NCBI GenBank assembly: GCA_951406725.2
Contig: OX597814.1
Location: 3,906,001 to 3,970,000 of the forward strand
DNA: 64,000 bases
Origin: Octopus vulgaris
Taxonomy: Eukaryota
Direction: 5' to 3'
Position numbers and translations under genes: made by a program. The notes beneath the pieces were generated by a model. That model saw only the letters and a program-made list of their open reading frames with translations, did not search any database and was not told the origin of the DNA. Positions 51,601-64,000 of this stretch are shown here, piece after piece (the stretch's first letter is position 1; each line of letters opens with the position of its first letter).

Positions 51601-54600
51601 ATTGATTTTTGCCAATTTAACAAGTCATTGATTTCTTGCCAATTTACCAAATCATTGATTTTTGCCAATTTAGCAAGTCATTTATTTCTTGTCAATTTAC
51701 CAATTCATGGAATTGCCAATTTACCAATTCATTGATTTCTTCCCAATTTACCAATTGATTTCTTGCCGATTTACCAATTCCTTGATTTTTCCCAATTTAC
51801 CAATTGGTTTCTTGCCAATTTACTAATTGATTGATTTTTGCCAATTTAACAAGTCATTGATTTCTTGCCAATTTAACAAATCATTGATTTTTGCCAATTT
51901 ACCAAGTCATTAATTTTTGCCAATTTACCAAGTCATTGATTTCTTGCAAATTTACCAAGTCTTTGATTTTTGCCAATTTACCAAGTCATTGATATCTTGC
52001 CAATTTACCAATTCATGATTTCTTCCCAATTTACCAATAGGTTTCTTGCCAATTTACTAAATAATTATGTTTGCCAATTTACCAATTCATTGATGTTTGC
52101 CAGTTTACTAAGTCATTAATATCTTGCCAATTCATCAAGTCATTGATTTCTTCCCAATTTCCCAATTCATTTCTTGCCGATTTACTGATTGATTGATTTT
52201 TGCCAATTTTCCAAGTCATTGATATCTTGCCAATTTACTAATTAATTGATTCTTGTCAATTCACCAAGTCATTGATTTTTGCCAATTTACCAAGTCATTG
52301 ATTTCTCGCCAATTTACCAATTAGTTTCCTGCCAATTTACCAATTAATTTTTTTGCCAATTTACTAATTAATTGATTCTTGCCAATTTAGCAAATCATTG
52401 ATGTTTGCCAATTTAACAAGTCATTGATTTTTGCCAAGTTACCATTTCATTCATATCTTGCCAATTTCCCAACTGATTTCTTGCCGATTTACCATCGATT
52501 TCTTCCCAATTTATCAATTGATTTCTTGCCAATTTACCAAGTCACTGAATTTTTTCCAATTTACCAAGTCATTGATATCTTGCCAATTTACCAAGTCATT
52601 GATTTCTTGCCAATTTACCAATTAATTGATTTCTTCCAAATTTCCCAATTGATTTCTTGCGGATATACCAATTCATTGATTTCTTCCCAATTTACCAGTT
52701 GGTTTCTTGCCAATTTACCAAGTCATTGATTTTTCCCAATTTACCAATTAGTTTCTTGCCAATTTACTAATTGATTGATTTTTGCCGATTTACCAATTCA
52801 TTGATTTCTTCCCAATTTACCAATTGGTTTCTTGCTAATTGATTGATTCTTGCCAATTTACCGAGTCATTGATGTTTGCCAGTTTACCAATTCGTATATT
52901 TCTTCCTTCTTGCCAATTTACCAAGTAATTAATTTTTGCCAATTTAACAATTCATTGATTTTTGCCAATTTACCAAGTCATTGTTTTCTTGCCAATTTAC
53001 CAATTCATTGATTTCTTCCCTATTTTCCAATTGATTTCTTGCCGATTTACCAATTGCTTGATTTTTCCCAATTTACCAATTGGTTTCTTGCCAATTTACT
53101 AATTGATTGATTTTTGCCAATTTAACAAGTCATTGATTTTTGCCAATTTACCAAATCATTGATTTTTGCCAATTTACCAAGTCATTAATTTTTGCCAATT
53201 TGCCAATTTGCCAATTTGCCAATTTGCCATTGATTTCTTGCAAATTTACCAAGTCTTTGATTTTTGCCAATTTACCAAGTCATTGATATCTTGCCAATTT
53301 ACCAATTCATGATTTCTTCCCAATTTACCAATAGGTTTCTAGCCAATTTACTAAATGATTATGTTTGCCAATTTACCAATTCATTGATGTTTGCCAGTTT
53401 AATAAGTCATTGATATCCTGCCAATTCATCAAGTCATTGATTTCTTCCCAATTTCCCAATTCATTTCTTGCCGATTTACTGATTGATTGATTTTTGCCAA
53501 TTTACCAAGTCATTGATATCTTGCCAATTTACCAAGTCATTGTTTTCTTGCCAATTTACCAATTCATTGATTTCTTCCCAATTTACCAATTGATTTCTTG
53601 CCGATTTACCAATTCCTTGATTTTTCCCAATTTACCAATTGGTTTCTTGCCAATTTACTAATTGATTGATTTTTGCCAATTTAACAAGTCATTGATTTCT
53701 TGCCAATTCATCAAGTCATTGATTTCTTCCCAATTTCCCAATTCATTTCTTGCCGATTTACTGATTGATTGATTTTTGCCAATTTTCCAAGTCATTGATA
53801 TCTTGCCAATTTACTAATTAATTGATTCTTGTCAATTCACCAAGTCATTGATTTTTGCCAATTTACCAAGTCATTGATTTCTCGCCAATTTACCAATTTC
53901 CTGCCAATTTACCAATTAATTTTTTTGCCAATTTACTAATTAATTGATTCTTGCCAATTTAGCAAATCATTGATGTTTGCCAATTTAACAAGTCATTGAT
54001 TTTTGCCAAGTTACCATTTCATTCATATCTTGCCAATTTCCCAACTGATTTCTTGCCGATTTACCATCGATTTCTTCCCAATTTATCAATTGATTTCTTG
54101 CCAATTTACCAAGTCACTGAATTTTTTCCAATTTACCAAGTCATTGATATCTTGCCAATTTACCAAGTCATTGATTTCTTGCCAATTTACAAATTAATTG
54201 ATTTCTTCCAAATTTCCCAATTGATTTCTTGCGGATATACCAATTCATTGATTTCTTCCCAATTTTCCAGTTGGTTTCTTGCCAATTTACCAAGTCATTG
54301 ATTTTTTCCCAATTTACCAATTAGTTTCTTGCCAATTTACTAATTGATTGATTTTTGCCGATTTACCAATTCATTGATTTCTTCCCAATTTACCAATTGG
54401 TTTCTTGCTAATTTACTAATTGATTGATTCTTGCCAATTTACCAAGTCATTGATGTTTGCCAGTTTACCAATTCATATATTTCTTCCCTCTTGCCAATTT
54501 ACCAAGTAATTAATTTTTGCCAATTTACCAATTCATTGATTTTTGCCAATTTACCAAGTCATTGTTTTCTTGCCAATTTACCAATTCATTGATTTCTTCC

Positions 54601-56093
54601 CAATTTACCAATTGATTTCTTGCCGATTTACCAATTCCTTGATTTTTCCCAATTTACCAATTGGTTTCTTGCCAATTTACTAATTGATTGATTTTTGCCA
54701 ATTTAACAAGTCATTGATTTTTGCCAATTTAACAAATCATTGATTTTTGCCAATTTACCAAGTCATTAATTTTTGCCAATTTGCCAATTTGCCAATTTGC
54801 CATTGATTTCTTGCAAATTTACCAAGTCTTTGATTTTTGCCAATTTACCAAGTCATTGATATCTTGCCAATTTACCAATTCATGATTTCTTCCCAATTTA
54901 CCAATAGGTTTCTTGCCAATTTACTAAATGATTATGTTTGCCAATTTACCAATTCATTGATGTTTGCCAGTTTACTAAGTCATTGATATCTTGCCAATTC
55001 ATCAAGTCATTGATTTCTTCCCAATTTCCCAATTCATTTCTTGCCGATTTACTGATTGATTGATTTTTGCCAATTTACCAAGTCATTGATATCTTGCCAA
55101 TTTACCAATTCATTGATGTTTGCCAGTTTACTAAGTCATTGATATCTTGCCAATTCATCAAGTCATTGATTTCTTCCCAATTTCCCAATTCATTTCTTGC
55201 CGATTTACTGATTGATTGATTTTTGCCAATTTACCAATTCATTGATTTTTGCCAATTTACCAAGTCATTGTTTTCTTGCCAATTTACCAATTCATTGATT
55301 TCTTCCCAATTTACCAATTGATTTCTTGCCGATTTACCAATTCCTTGATTTTTCCCAATTTACCAATTGGTTTCTTGCCAATTTACTGATTGATTGATTT
55401 TTGCCAATTTAACAAATCATTGATTTTTGCCAATTTACCATGTCATTAATTTTTGCCAATTTGCCAATTTGCCAATTTTCATTGATTGCTTGCAAATTTA
55501 CCAAATCTTTGATTTTTGCCAATTTACCAATCATTGATATCTTGCCAATTTACCAATTCATGATTTCTTCCCAATTTACCAATAGGTTTCTTGCCAATTT
55601 ACTAAATGATTATGTTTGCCAATTTACCAATTCATTGATGTGTGCCAGTTTACTAAGTCATTGATATCTTGCCAATTCATCAAGTCATTGATTTCTTCCC
55701 AATTTCCCAATTCATTTCTTGCCGATTTACTGATTGATTGATTCTTGTCAATTCACCAAGTCATTGATTTTTGCCAATTTACCAAGTCATTGATTTCTCG
55801 CCAATTTACCAATTAGTTTCCTGCCAATTTACCAATTAATTTTTTGCCAATTTACTAATTAATTGATTCTTGCCAATTTAGCAAATCATTGATGTTTGCC
55901 AATTTAACAAGTCATTGATTTTTGCCAAGTTACCATTTCATTCATATCTTGCCAATTTCCCAACTGATTTCTTGCCGATTTACCATCGATTTCTTCCCAA
56001 TTTATCAATTGATTTCTTGCCAATTTACCAGGTCACTGACTTTTTTCCAATTTACCAAGTCATTGATATCTTGTCAATTTACCAAGTCATTGA
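48601..56093 (+). repeat. 26/27-bp satellite, right block, running into an assembly gap
   Basis: Same monomer and orientation as 41940-44715; diagnostic segment recurs at 52424, 53996 and 55915. Confidence 0.95.
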
Positions 56094-56193
56094 NNNNNNN
56101 NNNNNNNNNNNNNNNNNNNNNNNNNNNNNNNNNNNNNNNNNNNNNNNNNNNNNNNNNNNNNNNNNNNNNNNNNNNNNNNNNNNNNNNNNNNNN
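56094..56193. other. Assembly gap (100 N)
   Basis: Run of N; round length suggests unknown true size. Confidence 0.99.
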
Positions 56194-56286
56194 GAGAGAG
56201 GGAAAGAGAGAGAAAGAGAACGAATAAATTATAGACGGTCTACACTTGCAATCTATCTATGCATATACGTATACACACACACACAA

Positions 56287-56337
<51 letters not shown>

Positions 56338-56379
56338 CGCACTCGCTTGCATGTGCGTGTCTTAATAGAGAAAAAGATC

Positions 56380-56411
<32 letters not shown>

Positions 56412-56617
56412 AAGAGGGAGAGGAAGACAAAGAGGGGAAAACTGATAAATCTACACAATTATATGTAAACATCTCGGTTATTTACAGATTGATACACACC
56501 AGCGGACATAAACAGATATGTATATATATATACATACATACATACATACAGAAGTATATATATACGTACGCGCGTGTGTGTGTGTGCGCGCGTATGTATA
56601 TGCACATATACATACAC

Positions 56618-56660
<43 letters not shown>

Positions 56661-56811
56661 CGTATATATATATAATTTGTTTATATGTAAATATATGCAT
56701 GTGTGTATATTATGTATGTGTCTAAATAACCATATATGTATGTGCGTTTTGTGTGTGTGTGTGTGATTTAAGGAAAACTTATTTCGTGCAAACATCAATT
56801 TTTACCCCAAC

Positions 56812-56842
<31 letters not shown>

Positions 56843-56924
56843 AATCTCTCTCCCAACTTAACATTTCTTTTAATCATTTCAACTTTGATTCCACAACCAA
56901 GTTCTATTAATCACAGCAAAGCGA

Positions 56925-56961
<37 letters not shown>

Positions 56962-57201
56962 CAAGCGGGGAGAGGAGGCGAGGTGAGGGGTGGTGAAAGG
57001 AAGCGATATTCTGATGGTGTTGGTAGTGGTGGTGGTGGTGGTGGTGGTGGTGGTATCGGCAGCGGGGCCCCCGGATGGTGTGGGGACTCGGGGTGCTTGA
57101 GAAATCAATTTAGATTTACCTACAATACGCTTTGTTCCATACAAAACCATTTCAGATCGCTTCTTCTGATTGGATCTCTCTCTCTCTCTCTCTCCCTATC
57201 C

Positions 57202-57272
<71 letters not shown>

Positions 57273-57379
57273 ACTCTCTCTCTATATATATATATTTGCA
57301 TATCAACATTCACCAACGTAGAAAAAGCCATTTCACCGCCAACTGGTTGTTTGGGTGTATAGAGCATGTAATTGTCGAT

Positions 57380-57399
57380 TATCACCACCATCATCATTG

Positions 57400-57465
<66 letters not shown>

Positions 57466-57768
57466 CCACAATCATCATCACCATCATCATCATCATCATC
57501 ATCGTCATCATCATCACCATCATCATCATCACCACTGCAATCACCATCACCATCATCATTATCATCCTCATCACCATCATCATCATCATCATCATCAACG
57601 TCATAATAATAATCATCATCATCATCATCAACATGAACACCATCATCGTCAGGCTAGCACCAACACCGCCTTTTCATCAGCAACATCATCATCATCATCA
57701 TCATCATCGTCATCACCACAACCACTCCCGCCACCATCGTCATTGGTAGCAGTAGCATCACCACGGTT

Positions 57769-57806
<38 letters not shown>

Positions 57807-58259
57807 CATCATCATCATCGCAATCATCATCATCATCATCATCATCATAATCATCATCATACCATTATCACTAACCTCTTCCTCCTCCTTCTCCTCCTCC
57901 TTCTCCTCCTCCTTCTCCTCCTCCTCCTCGTCATCATCATCATTTATTATTATTGTTCTTCTTCTTATTATTATTATTATTATTATTATTATTGTTATTA
58001 TTATTATTATTATTGTTATTATTATTATTATTATTGTTATTATTATTATTATTATTATTATAAAAGTCATTTACTCGTAGAATGCTGTTATTTTTCGTTT
58101 TCGTTTTTATATTGATTTCTCATTTTCTTGTTGTTTTTATTCGTGTAGACTCAGCAATCTCCCTCGTAATTGACAAAACTGTGGGGGATGGGGGATGGGG
58201 GTGGGGCGATTCGCATCATTATTATTATTACTACTATTATTAATATTATTATTATTATC

Positions 58260-58293
<34 letters not shown>

Positions 58294-58333
58294 ATTATTA
58301 TTATTATCATTTATTATTATTATTAATATTATT

Positions 58334-58364
<31 letters not shown>

Positions 58365-58470
58365 TTATTATTATTAATATTATTATTATTATTATTTTTA
58401 TTATTATTATTATTATTAATATTATTATTATTGTTAGTAGTAGTAGTAGTAGTAGTACTAGTATTATTAA

Positions 58471-58548
<78 letters not shown>

Positions 58549-58680
58549 CATCATCATCATCGTTATTGTGGTTGTCGTTGTTGCTGCAGCTACTGATATT
58601 GTCCCTCAGTTTATTATTATGATGATGGTGATGATGACGATGATGATGGTGGTGATGATGACGATGATGATGATGGTGAT
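57380..58680. repeat. (CAT)n, (CCT)n, (TAT)n, (GAT)n microsatellite cluster
   Basis: Directly visible. Confidence 0.93.
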
Positions 58681-59135
58681 TATGTTGTCTTTGCTGTCGC
58701 TATTATGTTCGTTATAGTTGTTTTCACTGATAAAAAATATATATATGACTGAAGCGCTTTCCGCCGCCGCCATCATCTCTCTCACCCACCCACACACACA
58801 CACACACACACATACACAGATACAAACACACACAGATGAAGTGGTAATGTATGTGTGTGTGTGTGTGTGTGATTGAGGATGAGTGAGGACGGAGGTGTGG
58901 CGGGGTGGAGGTTGAGGTTTGTGGTGGGTGGATGGGTGGGGGTTGCTGTCAGCAATCGTTGTGTGGTGTTCTTATTTCAAGATGGCGGATATTTTAGCTG
59001 AGATCTGAAAGATATTTATCAGTCAACAAACGTTTGAACCGAGATCCACTTTGGAGGTCGTTAACAGACGAATGGCCATACACACACACACATACGCTCA
59101 CACACATATATATATATGTATATATATATATACAC

Positions 59136-59168
<33 letters not shown>

Positions 59169-59304
59169 TCTACGTATAAATGTATCTGTGTATGTATGCA
59201 CCAATGCTATGAATGTGTATATAAGTGTGTATATATACTATAATTTCTCCCATCATCCACATCATCATTATTTTTATCGTTTTCGGTATTTTTCTTTACA
59301 TTGC

Positions 59305-59352
<48 letters not shown>

Positions 59353-59473
59353 ACATATATATACATATATATATAGACGTAATATATACACGTACGCTTG
59401 TATGGCTTTAGGTATGTATATATACACACATAAATATCTGTATATTCATACATGCATACGAATATACATGTCC

Positions 59474-59504
<31 letters not shown>

Positions 59505-59632
59505 CATGTCCATACATACATATATATATATATATGCAAGCATATATGTATACGCAGAGCGTATTTCAATATATCTGTTAGTATACGCATGCGCGTGACT
59601 GTAGTGTATGTGCGTGTATGACTGTACATGGG

Positions 59633-59698
<66 letters not shown>

Positions 59699-59835
59699 GA
59701 TTTATATATGGCTACTTTCATGCGTGTGGGATTTTTTAAACAGGTCTATGGTTGGTGTTTTTTATGAATGTCTTTAATATATGTGTATGTGCGTATGATT
59801 TTGTGTAAGAGTGTATGTGCATGTGTGTGTATGTC

Positions 59836-59878
<43 letters not shown>

Positions 59879-60141
59879 GAGTGTAAGTTTGATTCGAAAC
59901 AGTGACGAGTCGAAGTAAAAGAGACTGACTGTTATGGAGACAGAGAAGGATAGATAGATTGATAGAAAGAGAGAGATAGAGAGAGAGGCAGCAGACAGAC
60001 ATACAGCGATAGGTAAGTAGAGAGAGAGTGGGAAAGAGAGAATGGGAGAGAGAGAGGGAGAGAGTGTGGGAGAGAGATTGACAAACATACAGATAGATGG
60101 TAGAGACAGACAGTCAGATAGACCGACAGGAAGAGAGTGGC

Positions 60142-60534
<393 letters not shown>

Positions 60535-60636
60535 CGGAAAGAATAGCAGAGAATGGTATTCCTTGACACACACAGCAGAGACAAGATTGGAAGATAGACC
60601 AAGAGAGAAAGCAAGGATGACAGAGACAAGTGGATA

Positions 60637-60677
<41 letters not shown>

Positions 60678-60690
60678 TTTGTAATATTGA

Positions 60691-60744
<54 letters not shown>

Positions 60745-61522
60745 GTGTATATATATATATATATATATATACATATGTGTGTGAATGTGTTTGTGCGTGT
60801 CAATATGTGTAAATGCATAGAAATACATATGTATACATGTATGTATGCACCTATGTGTGTGTGTGTGTGCATACACAGCATATAAGTGTATGTCAGTGGG
60901 GGGGGGGAGGGAGAAATATTCAAATTTTCACCAATTTTTTTTTCCTCCATAAATTCACGAAATTTCAATTTTTTCTCTTCTAATTTTCTTTTTTCGTTGT
61001 TGTTGTTGTTGTTGCCATTTTCATAATAGCTCAGGTTGAATTTAAATAAGAAATTAAATGCGAGGCGGCGGTGGTGAGTGTCTGTGGAGGGGGCGGGGGT
61101 AATAGTGGTTGTGGTAGTGGTGAAGGCAGCGTGGGGTGTAGGGTGAGGTGGTGCTGTTGGAGCTGGTTGTGGTGACGGTGGTTATGGCCGTGATGATGGT
61201 AGTGGTGAGCTTGGTGGCGGTGGTGGTAGCGATGGTGGTGGCGGTGATGCTGTTGGTGGTTGTAGTTGTGAAGGGGTGATGATGGTAGTGGTGGTGGTGG
61301 TGGTGGTTGTGGTGGTGGTGGTGGTGGTGGCGGTGGGGAGTCGGTACAGGTAGCTGTAACGATGATGCTGACGTTTTTATTCGTTCTTCGAAGTTTCGCT
61401 GATGGTCATCCTCATCAGATTGTAAACCTTGTAACTGTTGAAACCAGATTTATGTCTATGGCCAGCTTACTGATGAGGTGTAATGAACTCCATGTAGATA
61501 AGTAGAATTTATTTTAAAGATA

Positions 61523-62147
61523 CGGAGTGTTCAAAAAGTCTCTCCGTAGTGAAATTTTTCATCCTGCGCATGCGCAACTTGGCTATCACTGCGTGGGTGG
61601 CTGGGTGGCTGGGTGTCAGCCATTGTCGCTCAGTCGTTGTCTACCCTTCAGCGTGTCGAACCATTGAAGAACGTAAGTTTTTAGTTGAATGGATGTTTTG
61701 AGCTGGAAACAAATACACAAATACTGTGAGACAGAAGTTCAGGGAAACTTTTCCGAATACTGTTGTTCCACATCGTGACACTCTGTGCAGGGATTTGATA
61801 AGAAAATTTAGAAACACAGGCTGAGTGGAAGATGGCAGCAAGAAGCGGTAGGCCTTCTGTTCTTTCAGGCGGAACACTCTCCAATATTTCTGATAAACTG
61901 TTGGCAAACCCATCAAAGTCCTTACGCAAATTGTCACAGGAAATGGAAACCAGCCGAGATGGTGCTCACACAGCAGTACAAAAGAAATTAAATTTTATGT
62001 ATTTAAAATGAAGGATGACACTTTCAACATCTCTTATAAAGTTTGTTAAAGTCTCGTAAAGACTAATATATTGTTTTGTAGTCTTATACCATCTTATAAA
62101 TATTATTTTGCAATAAAATACTACGGAGAGACTTTTTGAACAGCCTG
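61523..62147 (+). mobile_element. Internally deleted Tc1/mariner-superfamily element (maT/DUF4817-like N-terminus)
   Basis: TIRs TA|cggagtgttcaaaaagtctctccgtagt and actacggagagactttttgaacagcctg|TA; TIEERKFLVE..VRQKFRETFP..LIRKFRNTG*VED..RSGRPS. Confidence 0.8.
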
Positions 62148-63014
62148 TATAATATTCATAAATGCATTACTAAAGCGAATTTAAACCAGAAATCAGAACT
62201 TATTTACATCCTATGTACAATGGGGTTTAACTATCGTCTGACTCTTAATCAGGCGTTTGTGATTTTATCAATTATAGCAGTATTCACATTATTCTTTGTG
62301 CTTTACAGCAAAGTGCTTGAATAATAGCGGGGAGACCCTGAAGACACCCTGAAGAGACCCTGAAGAGACTCTGAAACATTAATACACAAATGGATTTAGG
62401 AACGATGCGGTTCCAAAGAAAGAATAAAGGGCGAATAAGGACGCATAAGAAATCTTTTATGATAGAGATAAGATTCTAACCAAGATGTCCTTTTAATATA
62501 TCGAAGAACAAACCTATATACTTATGTGTATATGTATGTGTGTGCGCGCGTGTGTGTGTGTGGCGAACGACTCTCAGTAATCCAGTTAATTCGATACATC
62601 CTTTAACCTGAAATGTGAACTCTCGGCTCGTCATTCTAAACGTTTCTCCGCCGCGTGATACCCACGTGATCAGTTTACTTCTACAAAAGGATTGATGTGA
62701 AATGAAACAAACTGTCAGATAGAAAAAAAAATTCTATATCACAAAATATTTTGTATATCATCTCAAATTTATGTCATATAGATTTTGTTTTCTTTTTTCT
62801 TTTTTTTTTTCGTCTTCTGGGTGATATCTAATTTCGCAATACAAGTCTAATCAGACTTTGCGCCTGACAGCAGCCCAGCTCTGCTCAAAAGCCGACCCGC
62901 AACAGAATTCACAAAGTACTTCTAAATTAGAGTACAGCTCACATATTCGGTAGAATTACCGTTGTCCACACAAAATTGCGAGAGTTCCACTGAAAGTAAT
63001 GCAAAAGTGGGGAT

Positions 63015-63400
63015 AGGCGCAGGTATGGCTGTGGTGTAAGAATATTGCTTCCCAACCACATGGTTCTAAGATCGATCTCACTACGTGGCACTTTGAGCAA
63101 GTGTCTTCTCATTATAGCTTCGGATCGACCAAACCTTGTGAATTGAGCTGGTTGATGGAAATTGAAAGAAGCCCGTCGTACAAGTGCGCGTGCGTGCGTG
63201 TTCGTGTTTGTTGTTTGCTGCCAACTGACGCTGTTGGTGTGTTTACGTCCCCATAACTTATTGGTTCGGTCTATGGCAACGATAGAATTAGTACCAGGCT
63301 TTATATGAAAATACTGGGGTTGAATCATTCGACAAAAATTCTTCAAGGCGGTGCCCCAACATGGCCACAGTCTAATGACAGAGACAAGTAAAGGATAAAA
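63015..63400 (+). mobile_element. SINE family A, full length, diverged
   Basis: aggcgcaggtatggctgtggtgtaag...catggccacagtctaatgacagagacaagtaaa. Confidence 0.85.
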
Positions 63401-63719
63401 AACAACTTTTAAACTGACATGGGTTATTATCTAAATTGCATATAACGGTAGAGTTACTCTTCCTCCATACAAAGGTACGATTCAGCACAGTCTCCATTCT
63501 AAGCATTGCAATGTGCCGTCGATAAACGCAACTCCCGAATCCGCTTTTCAGAAATTCAAGGGTGCAATGCTTTAGCTTCTTCTTCGCAGCCCTTTACATC
63601 TGGTCTTGTGTCATCAAATCTTTGTCCCCACTCCATTGAACCAAACCGAGGGAAGTCAGAAGGTGCCGGACAGAGGGCAAGTGACCAGCCCAGAAATGCC
63701 CTTCACCTCATCTTCTTTA

Positions 63720-63870
63720 CTTTTATTTCTTTTGCTTGTTTCGGTGATCGGACTGCGGCCATGCTGGGGCACCGCCTGGTGGAGTTTTTTAGGCGAATGA
63801 ATCGACCCCAGTACCTCTTTTTAAAACCCGGTAGTTATTCTAAAGGTCCTTCGGTCAAGCGGTGGTAAGG
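63720..63870 (-). mobile_element. SINE family A, 3' fragment
   Basis: cttgtttcggtgatcggactgcggccatgctggggcaccgcc. Confidence 0.75.
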
Positions 63871-63913
63871 AATACACACACACGCGCATATATACACACA
63901 CATATATACATAT

Positions 63914-64000
<87 letters not shown>

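Noticed and set aside
57152-58070. Poly-His/Ser ORFs
   Set aside because: (CAT)n repeat artefacts.
61385-61422. Hammerhead-like CTGATGA-ggatgaccatcagc-GAAA-cttcgaag on the minus strand
   Set aside because: No UH after helix III, no helix I pairing, and not TA-flanked.
62330-62376. Four copies of a 10-bp repeat (gagaccctga)
   Set aside because: Short local slippage with no further structure.

Overview
AT-rich, repeat-saturated eukaryotic DNA, most consistent with an octopus genome (tRNA-derived SINE families plus extreme TA/CA/GATA/TATG microsatellite load). I see no intact host protein-coding gene; almost all ORF-track entries are translations of simple repeats. Recognisable content: a decayed Tc1 (DD34E, IR/DR ends), a near full-length mariner (DD34D), a fold-back mariner MITE, a maT/DUF4817-type remnant, Tx1-, RTE- and R4-like non-LTR fragments, many SINE copies, and a ~14 kb satellite complex (26/27-bp array with a 3.9-kb inverted 22-bp/9-bp block inserted in register) ending at a 100-N gap. 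The most notable signal is a set of short non-coding elements embedded in (TA)n arrays carrying type I hammerhead ribozyme folds (5 complete, 4 degenerate or truncated), mostly with different palindromic helix III sequences, plus Penelope-like inverted ends. A Tx1-like LINE appears twice inside (TATC)n arrays, suggesting GATA-microsatellite targeting. Coordinates were read by eye and may be off by a few bases.
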